From: Alphaproteobacteria bacterium
Lineage (GTDB): Bacteria > Pseudomonadota > Alphaproteobacteria > MPNO01
Assembly: GCA_964291675.2 (NCBI GenBank)
Contig: OZ219866.1
Span: 2,624,001 to 2,688,000 of the forward strand
Direction: 5' to 3'
DNA: 64,000 bases
Shown here piece by piece: positions 52,451-61,281 of the stretch (positions are counted from its first letter, which is position 1; each line of letters begins with the position of its first letter). The notes under the pieces were generated by a model. It saw nothing but the letters and a program-made list of their open reading frames with translations. It had not been told where the DNA came from and ran no database searches. The translations under genes and the position numbers were made by a program.

Positions 52451-53500
52451 TTGAGCCAGCGTGAGATCCACCTCTGCGGCAGCATCCCCCTGGCGAATGC
52501 CGGGGAGGTGTTCGCCACGGTCGCCGACCGCCTGGGCGGCGCGGTGAAGCGCATTCCCGACGGCGAGACCGGCGAGCGGCTGGCCTGGATCCGCTGGCAG
52601 GATCACGTGTTCAAGGACCACCCCCGGTTCGAGCCCATCGAATCGGAGGGGGACTACCGCAACCCCACCGCCTTCGCCGGCGGCGGCAGCATCGCCCATA
52701 CCACGTGGTGGCGGATCGCGGACGGCGTCTCCCCCGACGCGCTGGAGATGCGCCCGCTCGGCTACGCCGCCTGCGCCATCGAGAGCTTCGCCACCTTCGA
52801 GGCGTTGCAGGAGGCGGGGAGGGTTCCGCGCGACACAAGGTTCCTGATCGCCGTGCCGAGCCCGTTCAACGTGCTCAACTCGGCGATCGCGCCGGCCGAC
52901 CGGATACGCGTCGAGCCGGCCTACGTGGCGCGCATGATGCAGGAGATCGACGAGGTCGCCCGGGCCCTGCCGCACGGGCGGATCGCCTGGCAGTGGGACA
53001 ACGCGCACGACATGCAGGCCTTCGACGGCGCGCGGCAATGCTACTTCCCCTTCCACAGGGACGGCATCGCCGAGCGCCTGGTCGCGTGCGGCGATGCGAT
53101 CCCGGCCGGCATCGAGATGGGCTACCATCTCTGCTACGGCTCGTTCGGCGGCAGGCACTTCGTCGAGCCGCGCGACATGGGCGCCATGGTCGACCTCGCC
53201 AACCGGCTCGCCTCGGGCGTCGAGCGGTCGATCGACTGGATCCACATGCCGGTGCCGGTCGAACGCGACGACGAGGGCTATTTCGAGCCGCTGCGCGACC
53301 TCGCGCTGAAGCCGGAGACGACGCTGTTCCTCGGCCTGGTCCATGACACCGACGGCGTCGCCGGGACGCGGCGGCGGATGGCGACGGCCGACAAGCATGT
53401 CGCCGGCTACGGTATCGCCACCGAATGCGGCTTCGGCCGGCGGCCGGCGGAGACCGTGGGTCCGCTGCTCGACATCCACGCCGCGCTGGCCGGAGTCTGA
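52451..53500 (+). CDS. cobalamin-independent methionine synthase-like (single barrel) hypothetical protein
   Basis: HLCGSIP, PDGETGER, GYHLCYG, LGLVH, ATECGFGR; TTG start after GGAG. Confidence 0.75.
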   Translation: MSQREIHLCGSIPLANAGEVFATVADRLGGAVKRIPDGETGERLAWIRWQDHVFKDHPRFEPIESEGDYRNPTAFAGGGSIAHTTWWRIADGVSPDALEMRPLGYAACAIESFATFEALQEAGRVPRDTRFLIAVPSPFNVLNSAIAPADRIRVEPAYVARMMQEIDEVARALPHGRIAWQWDNAHDMQAFDGARQCYFPFHRDGIAERLVACGDAIPAGIEMGYHLCYGSFGGRHFVEPRDMGAMVDLANRLASGVERSIDWIHMPVPVERDDEGYFEPLRDLALKPETTLFLGLVHDTDGVAGTRRRMATADKHVAGYGIATECGFGRRPAETVGPLLDIHAALAGV

Positions 53501-53511
53501 AAGGAACCGGG

Positions 53512-55140
53512 TTGCCCAAGCTGACCACCGGCGAGGCGATCGCCAAGTCCCTGGTCCTGCACGGCGTCGACACCGTGTTCGGGATCCCCGGCGCCCACAT
53601 GTACCACTTCACCGACGCGCTGGCGCGGGAGAGCAACCGCATCCGCTTCGTCACCACCCGCCACGAGCAGGGCGCGGGCCACATGGCGTTCGGCTACGCC
53701 AAGTCGACCGGAAAGGTGGGGGCGTACACCGTCGTGCCCGGCCCGGGCGTGCTCAACTCCTCCTCCGCCCTCAGCGTCGCCTATGGCGCGAGCGCGCCCG
53801 TGCTGTGCGTTACCGGGAACGTGATGTCCCACCTGATCGGAAGGGGGCGGGGTCAACTGCACGAGCTGCCCGACCAGCTCGCGACGCTGCGCGGCTTCAC
53901 CGGCTATGCCGAGCGCATCGACCACCCGACCCAGGCGCCCGGGATCGTCGCCCGCGCGTTCCGGGAAATGCTCGCCGGGCGGGTCCGGCCGGCGGCCGTC
54001 GAGGCGCCGTGGGACGTGTTCGGCGAGGCCGCCGAGGTCGAGCTCGCCATCGACCGCTCCCTGCCCGCCCCGCCGGCGCCCGACCCGGACGCGGTCGCGG
54101 CGGCGGCGAAGCTGGTCCGCGAAGCGCGCAACCCGCTGATCGTGGTCGGCGCGGGCGCCCAGCACGCCCCCGAGGAGGTCGCGGCGCTCGCCAAGCTGAT
54201 CCAGGCGCCGGTCACCGCGTTCCGCAGCGGCAAGGGGGTGGTGGGCAACGACAGCCCCTACGGGCTGCTCTCCACGGCGGCCTGGGAGTACTGGCCGAAA
54301 TGCGACCTGCTGATCGGCATCGGCAGCCGGCTGGAGCTGGTCCATTTCCGCTGGCGCTGGATGCCGGACGGCATCAGGACGATCCGCATCGACATCGATC
54401 CGACCGAGTTCGTCCGCATCCGCCCCGATGTCGGGATGGTCACCGACGCCAGGCTCGGCACCGCCGCGCTGATCGCGGCGCTGGAGACCTCGATCGACAA
54501 GCGGGCGTCGCGCGCGGACGAGTTCCTCGGCTACAGCGCGGCGGCGGAAGCGGCGATCGAATCGGTCCAGCCGCAGGTCGGATTTCTCAAGGCGATCCGC
54601 GCCGCGCTGCCCCGCGACGGGCTGCTGGTCGAGGAGATCACCCAGGCCGGGTTCGCCGCGCGCTTTGCCTTCCCGGTCTACGGCCCGAGGCAATACGTGA
54701 CCTGCGGCTACCAGGAGAGCCTCGGCTTCGGCTTCCAGACCGCCGTCGGCGTCAAGATCGCCAACCCCGACAAGTGCGTGGTTTCGATCACCGGGGACGG
54801 CGGCTTCATGTTCGGCATCCAGGAGCTCGCGACGGCGGTGCAGCACCGGATCAACCTGGTGACCGTGGTGTTCAACAACAACGCCTTCGGCAACGTCCAC
54901 CGCGACCAGACGACCGTGTTCGACGGCCGCCTGATCGGCGCCGAGCTGGTCAACCCCGATTTCGTCAAAGTCGCCGAGGGGTTCGGCGCCAAGGGGGTGC
55001 GGGCCTCGACCCCGGAGGCGCTGCGGACGGCGCTGGAGGAGGGGTTCGGGGAGGACGGGCCGGTGCTGATCGAGGTGCCGATCGAGACCGGCAGCGAGGC
55101 GTCGCCCTGGCCCTTCGCACACCCGGAGCGGGAGAGCTAG
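53512..55140 (+). CDS. thiamine pyrophosphate-dependent enzyme (acetolactate synthase-like)
   Basis: VFGIPG, RHEQGAG, PGPG, GDGGF...NN TPP motif. Confidence 0.92.
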   Translation: MPKLTTGEAIAKSLVLHGVDTVFGIPGAHMYHFTDALARESNRIRFVTTRHEQGAGHMAFGYAKSTGKVGAYTVVPGPGVLNSSSALSVAYGASAPVLCVTGNVMSHLIGRGRGQLHELPDQLATLRGFTGYAERIDHPTQAPGIVARAFREMLAGRVRPAAVEAPWDVFGEAAEVELAIDRSLPAPPAPDPDAVAAAAKLVREARNPLIVVGAGAQHAPEEVAALAKLIQAPVTAFRSGKGVVGNDSPYGLLSTAAWEYWPKCDLLIGIGSRLELVHFRWRWMPDGIRTIRIDIDPTEFVRIRPDVGMVTDARLGTAALIAALETSIDKRASRADEFLGYSAAAEAAIESVQPQVGFLKAIRAALPRDGLLVEEITQAGFAARFAFPVYGPRQYVTCGYQESLGFGFQTAVGVKIANPDKCVVSITGDGGFMFGIQELATAVQHRINLVTVVFNNNAFGNVHRDQTTVFDGRLIGAELVNPDFVKVAEGFGAKGVRASTPEALRTALEEGFGEDGPVLIEVPIETGSEASPWPFAHPERES

Positions 55141-55147
55141 GCGGGAA

Positions 55148-55789
55148 GTGAAGCGCTGGTCGCCGGTTCTGTTGGCGGTGTCGCTCGCCGCGCTGTCGGC
55201 GCGGGCCGAGCCGCTCGTGCTGGGACGGTTCTCCGCGGGCGACATGGCGAACTGGCAGGTGCGCGAGTTCGAGGGCGAGACCCGCTACCGGATCGTCGAG
55301 CTCGACGGGCGGCGCGTGCTTGAGGCCGTCAGCGAGTCCTCGGCATCGAGCCTCTATCTGGAACGCGAGATCGACCTCGCGGCGACCCCGGTGCTGGAGT
55401 GGCGCTGGCGGATCGCCGGGACAGTTGGGGTGAGCGACGAGCGGGTCAAGCAGGGCGACGACTTCGCCGCCCGGGTCTATGTCGTCGCGCCCGGCGAGGG
55501 GTGGTTCTCCCTGCCGATCGCGATCAGCTATGTCTGGGCCGGCAGGGCGCGCGTCGGCGATGCCTGGCCCAACCCCTTCACCTCCAAGGTGATGATGTTC
55601 GCCCTCGATTCCGGCGACCGGCAGGCGGGGGCGTGGCGGACCCACAGGCGGGATGTGCGCGCCGACTTCAGACGCCTGTTCGGCCGCGCGGTGGACCGGC
55701 TGGAAGGGGTCGCGGTGATGACCGATTCCGACAACAGCGGACGCCGCGCCCGCGCCTGGTACAGCGACATCGCCTTTCACCCCGAGTAG
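55148..55789 (+). CDS. DUF3047 family exported protein
   Basis: Signal peptide, LEWRW, GDDFAARVYV, ISYVWA, MTDSDN. Confidence 0.85.
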   Translation: MKRWSPVLLAVSLAALSARAEPLVLGRFSAGDMANWQVREFEGETRYRIVELDGRRVLEAVSESSASSLYLEREIDLAATPVLEWRWRIAGTVGVSDERVKQGDDFAARVYVVAPGEGWFSLPIAISYVWAGRARVGDAWPNPFTSKVMMFALDSGDRQAGAWRTHRRDVRADFRRLFGRAVDRLEGVAVMTDSDNSGRRARAWYSDIAFHPE

Positions 55790-55804
55790 CCGCGCCCGCC
55801 CGCG

Positions 55805-56452
55805 TCACCCGGCGTCGGCCTCGCCCGCCGCCGCTTCGTCCAGCGCGGCCGCGCGGCGATAGGCATCGCGCGTCTCCAGGCGCGACCAGTAGGTTTCGAA
55901 GGCCGGGCGCTTCTCGATCAGCTCGAATTGCAGGCCCCAGAAGACATGAGATCCGACATAGACATCGGCGGCGGAGAAGTCCTCTCCGGCGACGTAGCCC
56001 GCGCCCTCCACCGCGCGTTCCAGAGCCGCCATCACGGTCGGGAAATTGCCGTACCCCACCATCGCCTCCTTGTCCTCGGGCGGGGCCAGGCCGAAGGCGC
56101 GGTTGGTGACCGCCGCCTCCAGCGGACCGGCGGCGAAGAACAGCCAGCGGTAATAGGCGCCGCGCTCCCCGGCCGGCGGCGCGAGCCCGGCGTCGGGGAA
56201 GGCGTCCGCCAGATAGGCGCAGATCGCCGGAGCCTCGGTGACCGCGGTCGCGCCGTGGCGGATCGCCGGCACCTTGCCCATCGGGTTGATCGCCAAATAC
56301 GATTCCGACTTCATCGCCGGCTTGTATTCGAGGAGCTCGGTAAGGTAGGGCACCCCCGCCTCCTCCAGCATCCAGCGCGCGATCCGCCCGCGCGACATCG
56401 GGTTGGTGTACAGCACCAATTCTGCGTCTTGCGGTGCGTTTCCATCGAGCAA
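55805..56452 (-). CDS. glutathione S-transferase
   Basis: YTNPMSRG, INPMGKVP, TEAPAI, FSAADV; TTG start after GGAGG. Confidence 0.92.
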   Translation of the reverse strand: MLDGNAPQDAELVLYTNPMSRGRIARWMLEEAGVPYLTELLEYKPAMKSESYLAINPMGKVPAIRHGATAVTEAPAICAYLADAFPDAGLAPPAGERGAYYRWLFFAAGPLEAAVTNRAFGLAPPEDKEAMVGYGNFPTVMAALERAVEGAGYVAGEDFSAADVYVGSHVFWGLQFELIEKRPAFETYWSRLETRDAYRRAAALDEAAAGEADAG

Positions 56453-56923
56453 GGTTCGTTCCTCCCCCGGTTCTCGATCGAATTCGCCGATTGCGTCGTG
56501 AGCCTGTCCGGCGGTTGCCGTCTCGGGACAACATGCCGAACCCCGGACTTGAGCTCGACATGGACTGTCCCCGATTTTTCCCGCACTCGACGCCGGCAAC
56601 GCCCGTCGGCCCATCGGTACAAGGATCTCGACGGCTGCGACCTTGAGCCGCTCCCGGCGGGCTTGACCGGCGCGCCTCCGGTCCCGACATGAGTATCGGG
56701 AGGCGGACGATGGCGATCCGGATACCCGAGCGCACGGCATCGGATGTTTGCGATGCATAAGTCAAATTTCGCTTTGCCGCACTGCCTCGCGGTTTTGTTT
56801 TCTTTGTCACGACCGCGCCCGTGATGGTAATTTCCCGGCCTTTTCCCGCGCATTCGCGTCCGATCGCTTCCCGCGGGAATTGCGGCGTCCGTGCCTTGCG
56901 ACCGATCGGGATGCGAGGAGGCC

Positions 56924-58948
56924 ATGCCTGACACGACGGTGACGACCCAGCCGCTGAGCCTGCCGGAAGAGCTCGTCCTGATGCTGCTCAACGAGCAGAA
57001 CGGCTATTTCCATCAGGTTCCGGGCTGGGACCTGAACTGCACCGTTGTCGGCGCGGTGCTCGCGGAACTCTCCCTCCAGGCGCGCATCGACACGGATCTG
57101 GATTCGCTGCATCTGCTGGACGCGACGGAAACCGGCGATCCCGCTCTCGATCCGGTTCTGAAGCAGATCGCCGACGAGCCGGATCGACGAAACGCCCAGT
57201 ACTGGATCGAACGCCTCGCCGGGCGGGCGGACGCGATCGTCGACCGGACCCTGGACCGCCTGGTCGAGCTGAAGATCCTGGAGCACCATGACGGCGATTT
57301 CTGGACGCTGGCGACCGCGAGGTGGTACGAGGATCTGCGCGGCGCCTCCCAGGAAGGCACGGTCGGCCAGTTCATCAAGACCCGCGTGGTCAAGGCGCTC
57401 TTCACCGACGAGATTCCCGATCCGAGAGACGTCATCGTCATCTGCCTCGTCGACGCGTGCGACGTCTTTCGCATCATGTTCGAGCTCGACGAGGAGACCG
57501 AAGAGCGCATCGCCTTCATCCGCCAGATGGACCTGATCGGCCGGTCCATAGCGGCGGCGGTGGCGCAGAACATCGCCACCCCGATGCTCAGGCGTTCCAC
57601 CCTCACCAAGAAGATACCCGTCATCGCCCTGCGCCGGCTGCTGCCGAGCCCGCATGTTCGCAGCGGCAACATTCCCGCGGTCTTGGCGGATCTCGCGAGG
57701 GAATACGGCCCGGCGTTCGAGGTCCGTCTGCCGTTCGCGAAACCGATGACCTTCCTCGCCGGGCCCGAGACCAACCGCTGGGTGCACCGGCACGGGCGGA
57801 TGCACCTGAAGGCCGGGGGCTATTTCGCCGAGTTCGAGAAGGTCTACGGCGCGCACGGCGTAATGCCGTCGCTCGACGGCGCCGATCATTTCCGGCTTCG
57901 CAAGGCGATGGGGCCGGCCCAGTCGCGCGGCAGGCTTTCCGGCCGGCTGGACGAGGTCTACCGGCTCGCCCGCGAATTCATGGCGGGCTGGACGGTGGGG
58001 AAAACCTTCCCGGTGCGCGACTGCCGGCGCATGATCAACGCGCAGCTCTCGCCGCTCTTCCTGAGCGTCGATTCGCAGGACATCATCGACGACCTGATGG
58101 ACTTCAAGGAGCGGGCGCTGACGACGCATATCATGAACGCCTTGCCGAGGTTCATGCTGAACACGCCCGGGATGAAGCGCCGCGCCAAAGCCGTCGACAC
58201 GCTGCTGGAACGGATCCAGAGCGTCCACACGCCGGTGCAGCGCGCCGGTTGCCCGCGCGACCTGGCCGACGACTGGCTGAGCCTGCACGCGAGCGATCCG
58301 CAGCTGGTGCCGGAGGCCAATTTGCGTTTCGCCCTGTCCGCGGCGCTGGTGGCCAGCGTCTATCTCGGCGACGCGCTCAGCTTCGCGGTCTACGCGCTGG
58401 CGTCCCAGCCCGCGCTCGGCAAGAGAATCCAGGAAGAAGCCGACGCCCTGTTCGGGAACCGGGACCCGGACGGCGAGGACTTCAACCAGTCGTCGATGGA
58501 GGTCACGCACCGCTTTCTGATGGAGTGCCTCAGGATGTATCCGATCGTCCCCGTGTCGATGCGGGACGTGATGAACTCCTTCGTGCTCGAAGGCTACGAG
58601 CTGCCGGTGGGGGCAAGGGTCAGTATCGCCCAGACGGCCTCGCACTACATGGAAGACGTCTTTCCCGACCCCTTCTCGTTCGACATCGACCGCTATCTGC
58701 CGCCCCGCGAAGAGCACCGCGGCCCGGGCTACGCGCCCTACGGGCTGGGCACGCACAGATGCCTGGGCTCGCGCTGGATGGACCTGCAGCTCGCGGTCAA
58801 CGTGCTGATGATCGCGCATTACTTCACCCTCGAGGTCACCCCCGCGCGCTACGCCGATGCGCTGCCGTTCAGCCCGCTGCCGTCGATGAAGCCGACCGAG
58901 AAGCTGAATTTCCTCGTCGCCGGGCAGAGGCGCGAGCTGCCGGTCTGA
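56924..58948 (+). CDS. cytochrome P450 with N-terminal GPP34 (GOLPH3/Vps74-like) domain
   Basis: N-terminal LSLPEELVLMLL...GAVLAELSL..RI...TGDPALD; C-terminal ECLR (ExxR), FPDP, PYGLGTHRCLG heme motif; GAGGAGG RBS. Confidence 0.88.
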   Translation: MPDTTVTTQPLSLPEELVLMLLNEQNGYFHQVPGWDLNCTVVGAVLAELSLQARIDTDLDSLHLLDATETGDPALDPVLKQIADEPDRRNAQYWIERLAGRADAIVDRTLDRLVELKILEHHDGDFWTLATARWYEDLRGASQEGTVGQFIKTRVVKALFTDEIPDPRDVIVICLVDACDVFRIMFELDEETEERIAFIRQMDLIGRSIAAAVAQNIATPMLRRSTLTKKIPVIALRRLLPSPHVRSGNIPAVLADLAREYGPAFEVRLPFAKPMTFLAGPETNRWVHRHGRMHLKAGGYFAEFEKVYGAHGVMPSLDGADHFRLRKAMGPAQSRGRLSGRLDEVYRLAREFMAGWTVGKTFPVRDCRRMINAQLSPLFLSVDSQDIIDDLMDFKERALTTHIMNALPRFMLNTPGMKRRAKAVDTLLERIQSVHTPVQRAGCPRDLADDWLSLHASDPQLVPEANLRFALSAALVASVYLGDALSFAVYALASQPALGKRIQEEADALFGNRDPDGEDFNQSSMEVTHRFLMECLRMYPIVPVSMRDVMNSFVLEGYELPVGARVSIAQTASHYMEDVFPDPFSFDIDRYLPPREEHRGPGYAPYGLGTHRCLGSRWMDLQLAVNVLMIAHYFTLEVTPARYADALPFSPLPSMKPTEKLNFLVAGQRRELPV

Positions 58949-58984
58949 CGCGGCGCACCCGCCCGGCCGTGGGCGGGACGGCGC

Positions 58985-60343
58985 TCACGCCCTCCTGAAG
59001 CGCCAGCCGTACATCATGCGCCCGTAGAAGTTGAACCACCTGCGCGCCTCAGCGTCCTCGAACGGATAGTCGGCGCCGATCTGCCGCGCCGTCGCCAGGC
59101 CCGAGACGAAACAGGTCTCCTGGCTGTTGACCAGCGTGTGGGCGCCGCAATGCCAGCTTCGCCGCCGGCCCTGAACGAAGCGGAAGAGGTGGATCAGCAG
59201 GGCCACGTGACGCACGTCGTGCACGATGTGCTGGAACCACAAGCGCTTCACGATCTTGCTCTCGTCGATGCGGCTGACCGGGTTGTAGGTCACCAGGCAG
59301 GGCTTGTCGGACCGGTTCGCCCAGGGCTGCTGGTTGTGCATGATATAGGTGATTTCGTAGTTGTCCGGCCTGGCGCCGTATTGCTCGATGTGGTTGCTCC
59401 GGCTGGCGAGCGGCTTGACCTCATTGTCCGGCAGGACGGTGGCGTCGGAATGGACCACCGTGTGGTTGTGGAGCTCGCTCTCGTAGCGGATCGCCGACAG
59501 CAGCCAGCCCTCCAGCAGGGTCGGATCGTCCAGCATCATCAGCGTCTGGTTGGCGTTGCACGCGAAGACCACGTCGTCGAACGTCTCCGTCCCGCCGCGC
59601 TCGTCCTCCACGACCACCCCGGACGCGCGCCGGTAGACCTTGCGCACCGGCCGGCCGAGATAGATCCGGTCCCGGAAGTCCGCCGACATCGCCTCGTAAA
59701 TGCGCCGCGTGCCCCGCTCCCAGGTCTGCATCGGCGTCGCGGTCTCGATGTCGAAGAACTCCAGATACCGGGCGAACAGCGATGCCGGCATGTCGAACAC
59801 GTTGCTGGCCATCAGGAAGTTGACGAACATGGGCTTCAGCACCTGGTAGCGGAAATCGCCGGAGAACCTGCCGAGATTGAGCAGCATCCCCATGCTGACG
59901 TAGTTGAACGGGTTGAGGGCATTCAGCGCCCTGGACCGCGTCCGGTTGAGCCGGCCGAACCGCTTGAGCCGCTTCAGGAGCTTCTGGAATCTCTCGATTT
60001 CCGGCTGCAGCCGCCGCCTGATGTCGGAGTCGAAATCGTGCGCGTAGACGCCGCCGCGATACCTCACGCTGTAGCTGAACCTTGTGTCGATCAGCTCGAT
60101 TCCGTGCTGGCGCATGAACAGGACGATGTGGTGGTAGACGGAGGGAATGCAGGCGGTGACGGAGATGTCGAAGGGTATCGAGCTGCCGTCGTCCTGCTTC
60201 ATGTCGGCGGTGACCGCGTTGCCGCCGAGCCGGGGCTCTGCCTCGAACAGCCGGAAATCGAAGCGGTCGGGATGCCGGCCGAGCGCCCAGGCCACGCCCA
60301 GACCCGAGACCCCGCCGCCGATTATGGCGATCCGTCTCGGCAT
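58985..60343 (-). CDS. FAD-dependent oxidoreductase (amine oxidase-like)
   Basis: IAIIGGGVSGL, LFEAEPRLGG, QETCFVSG. Confidence 0.88.
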   Translation of the reverse strand: MPRRIAIIGGGVSGLGVAWALGRHPDRFDFRLFEAEPRLGGNAVTADMKQDDGSSIPFDISVTACIPSVYHHIVLFMRQHGIELIDTRFSYSVRYRGGVYAHDFDSDIRRRLQPEIERFQKLLKRLKRFGRLNRTRSRALNALNPFNYVSMGMLLNLGRFSGDFRYQVLKPMFVNFLMASNVFDMPASLFARYLEFFDIETATPMQTWERGTRRIYEAMSADFRDRIYLGRPVRKVYRRASGVVVEDERGGTETFDDVVFACNANQTLMMLDDPTLLEGWLLSAIRYESELHNHTVVHSDATVLPDNEVKPLASRSNHIEQYGARPDNYEITYIMHNQQPWANRSDKPCLVTYNPVSRIDESKIVKRLWFQHIVHDVRHVALLIHLFRFVQGRRRSWHCGAHTLVNSQETCFVSGLATARQIGADYPFEDAEARRWFNFYGRMMYGWRFRRA

Positions 60344-60362
60344 CGCCGGGCCCGGCCCGGCT

Positions 60363-61184
60363 CTAGCGCACCCGCTTCAGCGCCGTCCGGGTGAAGTCGC
60401 CGAGGTCGAGGTCGGTGCCGAACTCGTAATCCGACCAGTTCAGCACGGTGCTCTTGCCCGTGAGATGGTTGCTCATGGTGATCTTGCTCGCGCGCCAGAA
60501 CCGGTCGAGATATCTCTTGTAATCCTCGACCGCCATGGTCTTGAGATGTGCGCCCCGGCGGTCGAAGAACTGGATCCGGATGCTGCGAAGCTCCTTCTTG
60601 TCGAGCCAGACCAGTTGCCGGGAATATCCCGAATCCTTGCTGAGCGGGATGCGCTCCAGGACGCTGCACCGGAGGTCGCCGCAGGCCTCGTCGCGCAGCA
60701 GGCGGTGCTTGAATTTCTCGACCTCGACGGCGCCCATGTCCTCGTAGGAGAACTCGCTGCCCATGAAGGAGCCGGACTGCTTCGACGAGCTGATGCGCTT
60801 GACCCGTTTCAGGGCGGGAAGATAGAGCCACTGCTCGTCCGGCCTGTCCTTGTGGGCGTGAACCAGGAACCCGGTCCCCCTGACATCGCGCGGGCGGTCG
60901 AACACGAAGATGGTGCGGTCGCCGTCGCCCTCGACCTCGATGGTCTTCAGGCGGATCTGACGGCGGCTTTCCTGCCCCCGCTTGGTGCGCAACACCATGG
61001 TGAGGTTGGCGGTGAAATTGCCGAAACCCTTCTGGCGCTGGCGGGATTCGGTGGCGAGCTTGCGGCCGGCTTCCTCGGCGCTGCTGTCCGCCCGGACGGA
61101 TGCCGGCTCGGCCGTCCAGGCGAAGACGGCGGCCAGGATGCCGCACCAGAGCGGCATCGGGTGGGGGAGCGAGGCGCGAGTCAC
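60363..61184 (-). CDS. outer membrane lipoprotein-sorting (LolA-like) protein
   Basis: Signal peptide, QWLYLPALKRVKRI, FMGSEFSYED. Confidence 0.88.
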   Translation of the reverse strand: MTRASLPHPMPLWCGILAAVFAWTAEPASVRADSSAEEAGRKLATESRQRQKGFGNFTANLTMVLRTKRGQESRRQIRLKTIEVEGDGDRTIFVFDRPRDVRGTGFLVHAHKDRPDEQWLYLPALKRVKRISSSKQSGSFMGSEFSYEDMGAVEVEKFKHRLLRDEACGDLRCSVLERIPLSKDSGYSRQLVWLDKKELRSIRIQFFDRRGAHLKTMAVEDYKRYLDRFWRASKITMSNHLTGKSTVLNWSDYEFGTDLDLGDFTRTALKRVR

Positions 61185-61281
61185 CGGTTCCTCCTGTCGG
61201 TCGCCTTCACCGCAAGCTCTTCGCGCATGCTAGCACGAATCCCGACCGGCCCGGCCTGCGGCATCCTGTCATACGCCCTGT

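Noticed and set aside
56453-56923. 470-bp intergenic region between GST and P450
   Set aside because: Only an AT-richer promoter-like patch and short hairpins; nothing specific supportable
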